A program made the position numbers and the translations under genes. Below, piece after piece: positions 25,624 through 34,615 of a DNA stretch of 46,577 bases (position 1 is the stretch's first letter; each line of letters begins with the position of its first letter). Below the pieces are notes generated by a model that was not told the origin of the DNA, made no database searches, and worked only from the letters and a program-made list of their open reading frames with translations. This stretch comes from Acidobacteriota bacterium (lineage in GTDB: Bacteria; Acidobacteriota; UBA6911; RPQK01; JBHHYX01): the NCBI GenBank assembly GCA_046757765.1, contig JBHHYX010000002.1, positions 1 through 46,577 on the forward strand, in the 5' to 3' direction.

Positions 25624-27132
25624 GTGATCGTCTTCTTGATCGCCTACCTGGTCGTCCTTCTGCTCTTCGGGCTCTGGGGGAGGAAAGACTCCGGAACCGT
25701 TGAGGGCTACTACGTGGCCAGCAAGAGGCTCCCCTCCTGGGTGATTGCCTTCAGCTCCAATGCGACGGGTGAGAGTGGATGGCTGTTGCTGGGTCTCACC
25801 GGGATGGGCTATCTCGTCGGTGTCCACGCGTTCTGGGTGGTTATGGGAGAAGTGCTGGGAGTGGCTTTGGGATGGACTCTGGTGGGCCGGCGCTTCAAGG
25901 AGTACACCGACAGATGCAACGCCATCACGGTGCCGGACTTCCTGGAAGCTCGTTTCCGAGACCGACGGCACTACCTGCGCTTCCTGAGCGCGGGCATTAT
26001 TCTGACGATGGTGGTGGCTTACCTGGCGGCCCAACTGGTGGCGACGGGCAAAGCCTTCGGCTCCTTTCTCGGGATGAGTTACTCGGGTGGAGTGCTTCTG
26101 GGCGCGGCCATCACGCTCTTTTACACAACCGTCGGCGGTTTCAAGGCGGTCGCCTATACCGACTTGCTGCAGGGATTGCTGATGGCTTCCGGACTCTTGT
26201 TGCTGGCGATCGTGGGCGTCGTTTCGGCAGGTGGATGGATGCCTCTGACCCACCAACTCCATGCCATCGATCCGAGCCTGTTGTGGGCCATGGGAAAGCA
26301 TGGCATTTCCGTCTCCGGGCTGGCCAGCGTCCTGAGTTTTCTGGGCATTGGACTGGCTTTTCTCGGCGTTCCTCAACTTCTGGTGCGTTTCATTTCCGCT
26401 AAAGACGGAGACGAGATTGTCTCGGGCAGCGTGATAGCGGTGCTCTGTATCATCATTTTTGACCTGGGAGCGGTCTTCGCAGGCATGGCTGGCCGCGTCC
26501 TTTTCCCGGGTTTGGACGACCCTGAAACCGTCATGCCGCTCATGAGCAGTGAGCTTTTCCCGGCTGTCTTGACAGGGCTTTTTGTGATTGTCGTCTTGGG
26601 GGCCATCATGTCCACTGTGGATTCCCTGCTGATTCTGGCCTCCTCAGCCGTAGTCCGAGACCTGGTTGAGAAGGTATTCCACCCCTCTCTGACGGAACGT
26701 CAATTATCACACTACGGCCAACTGACCACAGTACTGGTGGGTTTGGCCGCACTGCCCTTCGCTCTGGCCAAGGTGCAGGTTGTCTTCCGGTTTGTCTTGT
26801 TTGCCTGGTCCGGCTTGGCGACGGCCTTTTCGCCCACTATATTGTGCGCTCTTTTCTGGAAGCGTACCAGCCTGGCGGGAGCCCTGGCGGGAATTGCCGG
26901 CGGGTTTGTCACCACAGTGGTCTGGGTCCTTTACCTGAAAGCCCATTTTTTCAATCTCTACGAAATGCTGCCCGGATTCCTGGTGGGGGGCGGCCTGACT
27001 GTTCTGGTCAGTCTCCTGACTGCGCCTCCGGAAGGCGCCGAGGGTGAAATGGACTCCGTCGAGCGCGCCGTCGGGCCTTCGTTCGGATTTCTCACACCCG
27101 GTCGCAGCGAAGAGCCGGAAGCGCCGCGCTGA
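25624..27132 (+). CDS. Sodium:solute symporter family transporter (PutP/PanF-like)
   Basis: The 502-aa product has about 13 TM helices and the SSF block AFSSNATGESGWLLLGLTGMGY. The start is GTG. The last 17 codons or so lie inside repeat copy 27078-27262. Confidence 0.9.
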   Translation: MIVFLIAYLVVLLLFGLWGRKDSGTVEGYYVASKRLPSWVIAFSSNATGESGWLLLGLTGMGYLVGVHAFWVVMGEVLGVALGWTLVGRRFKEYTDRCNAITVPDFLEARFRDRRHYLRFLSAGIILTMVVAYLAAQLVATGKAFGSFLGMSYSGGVLLGAAITLFYTTVGGFKAVAYTDLLQGLLMASGLLLLAIVGVVSAGGWMPLTHQLHAIDPSLLWAMGKHGISVSGLASVLSFLGIGLAFLGVPQLLVRFISAKDGDEIVSGSVIAVLCIIIFDLGAVFAGMAGRVLFPGLDDPETVMPLMSSELFPAVLTGLFVIVVLGAIMSTVDSLLILASSAVVRDLVEKVFHPSLTERQLSHYGQLTTVLVGLAALPFALAKVQVVFRFVLFAWSGLATAFSPTILCALFWKRTSLAGALAGIAGGFVTTVVWVLYLKAHFFNLYEMLPGFLVGGGLTVLVSLLTAPPEGAEGEMDSVERAVGPSFGFLTPGRSEEPEAPR

Positions 27133-27262
27133 CAAGGCATTACGACCGAGGCCCGCGGTGGCGTAGTCTTGCACTACGTCGAGGAGGCCGAGGGCAGGCA
27201 ACGCAGTCAGCGGAGATGATTCCGGCTCTGCGGCAGATTGGTGTGAGACATGCGGGGTTAGT
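27078..27262 (+). mobile_element. Repeat family A copy (MITE-like, about 185 bp, terminal inverted repeats)
   Basis: The left end cgttcggatttctcacac and right end gtgtgagacatgcggggttag are inverted-complementary. The internal sequence aligns with 37457-37640 and with the reverse complement of 22990-23176. Confidence 0.7.
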
Positions 27263-27456
27263 GGGGCCGAGTCACGCAGCGGCCTTGAACTCGTCCTCGG
27301 GCCAGGCGCTGACGGGTTGACTCGGCCGTTCGGCTTTGAAGAATCCAGCGCATCCTCTACCCGATGCTCCGCCGGACTGCTCTCCACCCTCCTCCGATCC
27401 GCTCGACTGGCCTTCCCAACCTGCTCCGGTTACAATCCTTTGAGTTGAGCGGGAGG

Positions 27457-27610
27457 CTAGCCCGGATTATTCATCGGCTTTCGTGACGAAGCTGCGAAGG
27501 CGCCGGCTTGGTAAGGCTTGCGAGGGAGGCCCCCCGAGAAGAGGGTGCGACGAGACAACGAAAACGGAGCCGGAGCCTAGTAGCAGGAGTGTCTCCACCA
27601 AGACTGGATC
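27457..27610 (+). repeat. Family A-related repeat variant
   Basis: It begins ctagcccggattattcatcgg...tcgtgacgaagc, as do 46136-46175 (ctagcccggattattcgtagg...tcgttacgaagc) and the terminus of 22990-23176. The downstream boundary is uncertain. Confidence 0.45.
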
Positions 27611-27613
27611 AGC

Positions 27614-28231
27614 ATGGGAAACGCGGCTCGCAACAAGTCGGTCGAGTTCTTTGAAACCCAGTTCCAGCGTCAGATTCGCGAGCAGGACTATGAGCTGAAC
27701 CCATTCGAGAGGCTGGCGCTGAACTACCTCACCGGCACGGTTTTGGATCTAGGTTGCGGTCTGGGCAACTTGAGTCTGGAAGCCGGAAGACGCAGCCACA
27801 GGGTGGTTGCCGTCGACGCCAGCCCGGCAGCCGTCGCGCGAATCCATGCCGACGCGCGGCGGGAGGCGCTTTCGGTACGAGCCGTCGAGGCGGACATCGA
27901 GAGAGGGATTGTCGACCGGCTGTATGACACCATCGTGGCCATCGGGCTTTTGATGTTCTTCCGTCGTAAACAGGCCCTTGAGTTGCTGCAGGCCATCAAA
28001 GAGCACGTCAATCCCGGTGGCCGCGCCATCGTCAACGTGCTCACCGTGGGCACCACCTACATGGGCATGTTCGATGCGGGCAACTACTACCTGTTCCAGC
28101 GGCACCAGCTGGAGGAGGAATTTGCCGGTTGGAAAATCCTGGTCTCGCGCCACCAGACGTTTTCGGCTCCGGAGGGAACGAGCAAAGCGTTCTCGACGGT
28201 GATCGCGGAAAAACCTATTCCGGCGTCCTGA
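27614..28231 (+). CDS. Class I SAM-dependent methyltransferase (TehB-like)
   Basis: SAM motif I VLDLGCGLGNLSL, then VVAVDASP and the post-II block YDTIVAIGLLMF. Confidence 0.85.
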   Translation: MGNAARNKSVEFFETQFQRQIREQDYELNPFERLALNYLTGTVLDLGCGLGNLSLEAGRRSHRVVAVDASPAAVARIHADARREALSVRAVEADIERGIVDRLYDTIVAIGLLMFFRRKQALELLQAIKEHVNPGGRAIVNVLTVGTTYMGMFDAGNYYLFQRHQLEEEFAGWKILVSRHQTFSAPEGTSKAFSTVIAEKPIPAS

Positions 28232-28404
28232 GGAGCCCAAAAAAGGAAGCCGCGTGGGGGACGGGTTCAAAGTGGGGAAAGGAGACCCGCACACCGGAGT
28301 TGACTGCCTGCTCCACCGGAAACTCAGGATCTTCAGCTGCTTACAGCGGAATTCTGAGAATTCTGCTCTCTAGATGCGTCACATTGACGATGCACGCCGT
28401 TGCC

Positions 28405-28485
28405 CTGTGAACTGAGCCGAAGCGTCAGCGCCCGGCTAATCCGGATGGCCACTCACTGACGTTCGTGGTTCGGTGGCTTGGCGCC
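28405..28485 (+). repeat. Repeat family B copy 2
   Basis: ctgtgaactgagccgaagcgtcagcgcccggctaatccggatggccactcactgacgttcgtggttcggtggcttggcg matches 20144-20222. Confidence 0.7.
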
Positions 28486-28586
28486 GGAATCAGCTCAACG
28501 TGGAAAATCACGGTTGGCTTTAGCTTCCCGGCGGGGATGCACGGGATTTCGATCAAGAATTAACCGATCAAGCGACGAGGTGAAAG

Positions 28587-29192
28587 GTGGCCAAAGGTTT
28601 CGTGAATTCCTGGTGGAACCGCTTCCGGGGTCGCCTCCAGCCCACGCCATGCCCGTTCTCTGAGGCGGCGGTGCTGGATTCAAAGCTTCGCCGTCTGGTG
28701 GCCGGACCCGAGCGCCTTCTGCGCGAGTTTGGGGTCCGTGCCGGCGAGCGAATCCTGGAGGTGGGTCCCGGCAGCGGCTACTACTCCCTCGCTACGGCCC
28801 AACGCCTCCAACCGGACGGGCACCTCATCTGCCTGGACATCCAGCAGGAGATGCTGGCCGCCACCCGGGAGCGCTTCGGCATGGATGGCCGAGCCGCCGC
28901 CGACTTCCTGCGCGCCGACGCGGGAGCACTCCCGCTTGCCAGCGATTCAATCGACCGAGTGCTCCTCATCGGAGTGCTGGGTGAGTTTCCCGACCGGCGG
29001 CGGGCGCTGGACGAGATCGCCCGGGTCCTGCGCCCCATGGGTCGGCTGTCCGTATGCGAGCAGCTGCCAGACCCGGACTTCGTGACCAAGAGGACCCTTC
29101 GAAGCGAACTCGGCCGGCTCGGCTTCAGCGAGCTTTCCACTCGAGGGCATGCGTTCTACACCTCCACCTGGTCGGCATCTGCCGGGAAGTAG
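28587..29192 (+). CDS. Class I SAM-dependent methyltransferase (Methyltransf_11-like)
   Basis: ILEVGPGSGYYS is motif I, followed by LICLDIQQEML and DRVLLIGVLGEF. The GTG start is preceded by GAGGTGAAAG. Confidence 0.85.
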   Translation: MAKGFVNSWWNRFRGRLQPTPCPFSEAAVLDSKLRRLVAGPERLLREFGVRAGERILEVGPGSGYYSLATAQRLQPDGHLICLDIQQEMLAATRERFGMDGRAAADFLRADAGALPLASDSIDRVLLIGVLGEFPDRRRALDEIARVLRPMGRLSVCEQLPDPDFVTKRTLRSELGRLGFSELSTRGHAFYTSTWSASAGK

Positions 29193-29281
29193 GATCGAAA
29201 GTGCGAGGAGCTGAGGACGGTTAGAGGCTGCAGCGGGAAGCGGCACGGTTTGGAGGTGAATGTCAATCATCTTGAGCCCAA

Positions 29282-29827
29282 GTGAGCAGAACGACGATGA
29301 CAACTCGACGAGTGGTTACAGGCACCAACGAAGACGGAAAATCCTATTTCGTTTATGACGGCGCTACTCCGGGCCATCTCGACCTGGGGATCGCGCTCGA
29401 CGATGAGATTTGGGTCGACGACCCTGCAAATCCCGATCCCACAGCATCCAAAGACCCGGCGAGAGCCCAGAGGTTCCGGCTTGAGCCTCCTCCTGGTGGT
29501 TCCACTCTTCGCGTCTTCACGTTCCCGCCCGAGAGCGAACTTCCAGATGAGCCGGCTGAAATAGCAGCCGCTCTGGCGGCAGTCGAGGCTCGATTCGATA
29601 CAGGCGGCGTGATGGAGCAGGATCACCCGGGCATGCACACGACTCAAACGATCGATTACGGGATCGTTCTGTCTGGTGAGATTGACCTCGAACTTGACGA
29701 GGGAGAAGTTCACCTCACACCATGGGATGTCGTCGTCCAGAGGGGGACGCGCCACGCGTGGCGGAATCGGAGCGCCCAGCCGTGCACAATCGCGTTCGTG
29801 CTGATCAGCAGCCCCAATTACAGCTGA
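29282..29827 (+). CDS. Cupin-domain protein
   Basis: The cupin_2 pattern is MHTTQTIDYGIVLSGEIDLELDEGEVHLTPWDVVVQRGTRHAWRN. The start is ambiguous (GTG 29282 or ATG 29297). Confidence 0.75.
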   Translation: MSRTTMTTRRVVTGTNEDGKSYFVYDGATPGHLDLGIALDDEIWVDDPANPDPTASKDPARAQRFRLEPPPGGSTLRVFTFPPESELPDEPAEIAAALAAVEARFDTGGVMEQDHPGMHTTQTIDYGIVLSGEIDLELDEGEVHLTPWDVVVQRGTRHAWRNRSAQPCTIAFVLISSPNYS

Positions 29828-29870
29828 GCGGACTCCTTTCGATTGGTGATTGACTGTCGGGACTGCCCAG

Positions 29871-30518
29871 TCAGGCACCGAGGATCTCCGCGCTTGTCCT
29901 CACATGGACTCCGGCGGCCCGCATCTCTTGCACGGCTCTTGCGGCATCGGTCGGCCTTAGATTCACTCCCCGGCAGGCATCCAGGATCAGGCAAACCTCA
30001 AACCCGAGCTGCCGGGCATCGAGAGCAGTGAACTTGACGCAGTAATCCGTTGCCAGACCCAGGACATAGACCTCCACCACATGCCGGCCCCTGAGGTAAT
30101 CGCCCAGACCGGTGGCCTTGCGGCGGCCATTGTCAAAGAAACCGCTGTAGCTATCGAAACGTGGATCCGTGCCCTTCTGGAAAACGCGCTGGATGCGCTC
30201 CTTGTCCAGGGTCTCGACAAAAGCTGCTCCCGCCGTGCCGCGGACGCAATGCACGGGCCAGAGCACCTGCTTCAGACCCTCCAGCTGGATGACGTCCCCC
30301 GGCTTTTTGTGGGGGTGGTTGAGGGCAAAACTGCCGTGGTCCGGGGGATGCCAGTCCTGGGTGGCAACCACCAGATCGAAGGCCTTCTGGAGACAATTGG
30401 CGGGCACCAAGACCTCCTCGGCTTCCGGCACCGGCAGCGCTCCAGCGGAAAAGAAGTCGTTCTGGAGATCCACCAGGATCAGACATCTGACGTTGTCTCT
30501 TTTCTTCCCGTGGCTCAT
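29871..30518 (-). CDS. pncA: Nicotinamidase/pyrazinamidase (isochorismatase family)
   Basis: LILVDLQNDF, TQDWHPPDH and LATDYCVKFTALDA (catalytic Cys) are present. The start is ATG 30518. The ORF is open from 30638. Confidence 0.9.
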   Translation of the reverse strand: MSHGKKRDNVRCLILVDLQNDFFSAGALPVPEAEEVLVPANCLQKAFDLVVATQDWHPPDHGSFALNHPHKKPGDVIQLEGLKQVLWPVHCVRGTAGAAFVETLDKERIQRVFQKGTDPRFDSYSGFFDNGRRKATGLGDYLRGRHVVEVYVLGLATDYCVKFTALDARQLGFEVCLILDACRGVNLRPTDAARAVQEMRAAGVHVRTSAEILGA

Positions 30519-30674
30519 GATTTTCGGGCCCTGCGGAGAGAGCCTGGACACCCTTGAGAACCCACAGCCTGGGACCGCGCACCACAGGAGAGCAAGCTGC
30601 TCAACCGACGGAGCCAAAACCAAGCTGCCACCTTTCACTCTCGACCAGGAAGGAGTGTCCAGCCGGGAACGGGC

Positions 30675-32672
30675 TTACTTACGGAGTCCTTTCAAGTATT
30701 CTTTCAACTCTGCCAATTCTCGCCTGAAGCCTCCCGACAGAATAGGAAAGCGACACCATGTCTTGGGATCTAGATTGGCATCGTCCACATGGAATGAAGG
30801 GGCGTAGCGTTCGCGCTTCCACTGGTTTCGACACCACAAGAGAAAAAAGCGCTCCACCCATCCAGCCAGTTGATCCACAGAGTAGTGGGGAAAACGTGGG
30901 CGGATGAGCCGAAAGACTTCCAGGGGCGTCCCCTTGTCGCGGATTGCCGCTCGCTCGATGGCGTCGAGCAGGTCGTACGGCATCAGATCCGCTTCATCGG
31001 TCTGGTGAAGTTGGGGCGGACGCAGCTCGGCGGTCGGCGTTTGGCGCAGGACGGTCTCCAGGGCCGAGAGGGGCGCCAGCCCATGGGGCCCCTCCTTCCG
31101 CAGCCAGTCCAGCCATCGGCGCAAGAAGGCTTTATCAATCCCGGCAATGGGGCTCAGACCGCCACAAGTATCCCCGTCCATGGTGGCGTAGCCCACGGCA
31201 GCTTCCGAGCGATTGCTGGCAGCCAGCAGCAGGGCTCCTCTCAGATTGGCCAGCAGCCAGACTCCGGGGGCCCGGACGCGGGCCTGAATGTTTTGCAGGG
31301 CGATGTCGTCGTGATCCCAGCTCAACTGGCTCCCGGTTGCCCGTGAGACAAGATCGACATAATCTTGAACCAGGGGATCCACATCGAGTTCCAGAAACTC
31401 TGCTCCCAGCGCCGCGGCGATTCCTCGGGCCGCCTCGCGAGTGTGCTGAGAGCTGTTTTGTGTCGACTGGTAGACGCAGCACAAAAGCGAACGCACGACT
31501 TCTCGAACATTGGCCGCGTCCGCAATCCGGGGGAGGTCATTCAGCTTGGCCCGGAAGGTTTCCAGGCCCAGTTCCTCCACTCCCCACTCCACCATCAGTC
31601 CCACCAGACAAGCCACGGCTGAGGAGTCCGCCCCCCCGCTCAGAGAGACCACAAAGCCTTGGGAACGGCTTTTTCTGAGGTAGTCGAACAGACCCAGGGC
31701 GATGGCCCGAGAGAATTCTTCCTCCTTGAGATGTGGCGATCCCTCCCAGGGCTTCTCGGCAGGTCGGTTCAATTCGACGTCGATTTCGGGAAATCGGAAC
31801 GGGCTTCGAACGCACCCCGATCGGCTCGTCACCCGGTTGGATCGAAGCCCGGGGTTGCGAGCCTGGCTCATCCGGGTCAAATCCAGATCGGCCACGGCAC
31901 TGGTGAGCAGGCAGTCGCGAAACGAAAACCTTCTCCCCACCCCAAGGAACTTGCCTCCTGAGGCCACCAGAGCGCCTCCTCCGTAGATGGCGCGACCCGC
32001 TTCGTTGCCCAGCAGATTAGAGTACAGATAGGTGACGCCAAAGGCACGTGATCCCTCCAGCACGAAACGTCTGCGCACGTCCTGCTTTCCAAAAGCGAAG
32101 TGACTGGCGCTGGGGTTCATGATGACGTCGACGCCGTCCGAAAAGAGGTGACTTCCAGGACGGTCTGCCACCCAGGCATCTTCGCAGATCTCAAAACCGA
32201 TCTTCACGCCGCCACAGTCGAAGTAGAGGTCTCCGAGAGGATACTCGCTTTCCCCGACTACCAGATCGACCTGTTCTCCCTCGGGCCAGGGATTGAACCA
32301 GCGGGGCTCATAGTGGACCCCTTCGCCGGCCAGATGCCTCTTGGCGGAAAATCCCAGGATTCGACAGTCGGCGACAAGAGCGGCCGCATCGAAGATGACA
32401 TTGTTGTAACGGACGGGCAAACCCAGCGACACGATCATCCCCTGAGTGTGGGGCAAGATCTCCTGCAGCACGGCCCAGGAAGTTGCCAGTACTCCCGGCG
32501 CAAGGAAGGCGTCCTCGCAGCCGTAGCCGCTGATGCACAGCTCGGGCAGACAGAGGATGCTCACCTCCTCCGCCCTGGCACTCTCGATTGCCTTCAGGAT
32601 GTTGGCTCGATTGTTCTCCCAATCCAGAGGCGTCTGGTTGAGTACTGCCGCTCCGACTTTCACCAATCTCAT
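30675..32672 (-). CDS. nadE: Glutamine-dependent NAD+ synthetase
   Basis: An N-terminal CN-hydrolase domain (LCLPELCISGY, EICEDAW) is followed by a C-terminal PP-loop domain (VVSLSGGADSS). The length is 665 aa. Confidence 0.95.
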   Translation of the reverse strand: MRLVKVGAAVLNQTPLDWENNRANILKAIESARAEEVSILCLPELCISGYGCEDAFLAPGVLATSWAVLQEILPHTQGMIVSLGLPVRYNNVIFDAAALVADCRILGFSAKRHLAGEGVHYEPRWFNPWPEGEQVDLVVGESEYPLGDLYFDCGGVKIGFEICEDAWVADRPGSHLFSDGVDVIMNPSASHFAFGKQDVRRRFVLEGSRAFGVTYLYSNLLGNEAGRAIYGGGALVASGGKFLGVGRRFSFRDCLLTSAVADLDLTRMSQARNPGLRSNRVTSRSGCVRSPFRFPEIDVELNRPAEKPWEGSPHLKEEEFSRAIALGLFDYLRKSRSQGFVVSLSGGADSSAVACLVGLMVEWGVEELGLETFRAKLNDLPRIADAANVREVVRSLLCCVYQSTQNSSQHTREAARGIAAALGAEFLELDVDPLVQDYVDLVSRATGSQLSWDHDDIALQNIQARVRAPGVWLLANLRGALLLAASNRSEAAVGYATMDGDTCGGLSPIAGIDKAFLRRWLDWLRKEGPHGLAPLSALETVLRQTPTAELRPPQLHQTDEADLMPYDLLDAIERAAIRDKGTPLEVFRLIRPRFPHYSVDQLAGWVERFFLLWCRNQWKRERYAPSFHVDDANLDPKTWCRFPILSGGFRRELAELKEYLKGLRK

Positions 32673-32985
32673 TTTGGGGCGCCTCGACCTCCATCCTCGG
32701 CGCTTTCAGCCACTGACAGCCGCCGCATCTTGAGGCGGCGCGCTCCATGACCGGCCCCGCCCCTTCCGGCTCCCAGTTTACACCACTGCCGTCCCCCTTG
32801 GAGTAGCGGGCTGCGGCACGGAGTAGAGCAGAGGTCGACATTCGGTCCCGGGCTGTTGATAATGGGCTGGTTCCTTTCGCCGCAAGGGTCTTCCAGGCCT
32901 CTGTTGAGCGAGTGCCAGGGAGAGAGCCGCGGTCGATCTGGAAAAGGGATGGGAATGGGTGGATCGGGGGAGGAGGATTGTCTCC

Positions 32986-34416
32986 ATGAAGAAAGCCCAG
33001 TTTGGCATGGTCGGCCTCGGTGTGATGGGTCGGAACCTGGCGTTGAATGTGGAACGCAACGGTTTCCGGGTCGCCGTTTGGAACCGCGAGAAGGAATGGG
33101 TCCAAGACTTTCTCCAGTCCAAGAGCCAGGGGAAAAGAATCACGGGAACCCGCACCATTGAGGAATTTGTCGGGACGCTCGAGAAACCTCGGCGGATCAT
33201 GATGATGATCAAGGCGGGTCCTCCGGTGGACTGGACCATCGACCTGCTGAGGCCCCATCTCGCCCTTGGCGACCTCCTCATTGATGGAGGGAACTCCTAC
33301 TTTCCGGACACTGTCAGGCGTGAAGCGGCTCTGGCCAAGGAAGGTCTCAAGTTCTTCGGCGTCGGTGTCTCCGGCGGGGAAACGGGGGCGCTGTGGGGGC
33401 CCTCCATGATGCCCGGCGGGGAGAAGGAAGCCTACCAGGCATTGCGGCCCATCTTTGAGAAGATGGCCGCCAAGACCGAGGACGGGGCGTGTGTGGCCTA
33501 TTGTGGCCCCAATGGCGCCGGCCATTTCGTCAAGATGGTCCACAACGGCATCGAGTACGGCGACATGGAGCTGATTGCCGAGGCCTATCAGCTGATGAAG
33601 AAGGGTCTGGGGCTGAGCAGCGGCGAGATGGCCCAGATCTTTTCCCGCTGGAACCGGGGGCTGCTGGAGTCTTTCCTGATTGAAATCACGTCCAAGATTC
33701 TCACCGTCCGGGATGAGCGAACAGGTCATCCGCTGGTGGATAAGGTCCTCGACAAGGCCGGCCAGAAAGGGACCGGGAAATGGGCCTCTCAAGTGGCGCT
33801 GGACCTGGGAGTGGCCATCCCCACCATCCACGCCTCGATTGAAGCCCGCTTCCTCTCCAGCTTGAAGGGAGAGCGGGTGGCAGCCAGCCGGGCGATGAAG
33901 GGACCGGCGGCCCGGTTCCAGGGAGACAAAGAGGACTTCATTCAGTGCATCCATGATGCTCTCTACGCCAGCAAGATCTGCTCCTACGCTCAGGGAATGG
34001 CTCTCATCAAGGCGGGCTCGGATCATTTCAAATGGGGAATCGAACTCTCTGAAATGGCCCGCATCTGGAAGGCGGGTTGCATCATCCGCGCCCGCTTACT
34101 GCAAAAGATCCAGCAGGCTTATCGAGAGCAGGCGGATCTGCCCAACCTGTTGATGGATCCCCACTTCAGAAACTGGGTACTGGAGTCGCAGCCGCGCTGG
34201 CGGAAGACAGTTGTCACAGGGCAGCAGATGGGGCTTCCCCTGCCCGCAATGTCGGCTAGTCTAGCCTACTTCGACACCTACCGGACGGCCAATCTGCCCC
34301 TCAACCTGACTCAGGCGCAGCGCGACTTCTTTGGCTCCCATACCTATCAGCGGACTGATGATCCCGGCGGAGCATTCATCCATACCGACTGGATCGGCAT
34401 CACAGGAGAAGTCTGA
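32986..34416 (+). CDS. gnd: 6-phosphogluconate dehydrogenase (decarboxylating)
   Basis: FGMVGLGVMGRNLALN, IDGGNS, GVSGGE, HFVKMVHNGIEYGDMQ-like and AQRDFFGSHTY blocks are present. Confidence 0.95.
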   Translation: MKKAQFGMVGLGVMGRNLALNVERNGFRVAVWNREKEWVQDFLQSKSQGKRITGTRTIEEFVGTLEKPRRIMMMIKAGPPVDWTIDLLRPHLALGDLLIDGGNSYFPDTVRREAALAKEGLKFFGVGVSGGETGALWGPSMMPGGEKEAYQALRPIFEKMAAKTEDGACVAYCGPNGAGHFVKMVHNGIEYGDMELIAEAYQLMKKGLGLSSGEMAQIFSRWNRGLLESFLIEITSKILTVRDERTGHPLVDKVLDKAGQKGTGKWASQVALDLGVAIPTIHASIEARFLSSLKGERVAASRAMKGPAARFQGDKEDFIQCIHDALYASKICSYAQGMALIKAGSDHFKWGIELSEMARIWKAGCIIRARLLQKIQQAYREQADLPNLLMDPHFRNWVLESQPRWRKTVVTGQQMGLPLPAMSASLAYFDTYRTANLPLNLTQAQRDFFGSHTYQRTDDPGGAFIHTDWIGITGEV

Positions 34417-34615
34417 ATTCAACACCCGCACGGCCCTTTCAGCCAGCTGCGGAAGCACCCGCGCGTAAAAGGTGGTCTCCGGGGGCCGGCTTATGATACG
34501 ACAGTCCCTCAGGGCGGGCGCGGCTGGCGTCCCTTGAGTGGGAGAAAGAGGGGATCGGTCCGGTTGGGAAGTCCCGACGGTCAGCGGAGAGTCCCTCGTT
34601 TGGAGAACGCGCTCA

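Noticed and set aside
27130-27132. Symporter C-terminus as a native sequence
   Set aside because: It is not rejected as translated sequence, but I do not treat it as ancestral. The final 53 nt are shared with non-coding copies of repeat family A, for example 1951-2000.
32308-34026. 572-aa ORF on the minus strand
   Set aside because: It is entirely antisense to the unmistakable gnd gene and the nadE-gnd spacer. The product is rich in Arg, Gly, Pro and Leu with no recognisable motifs, which is typical of a GC-rich shadow ORF.
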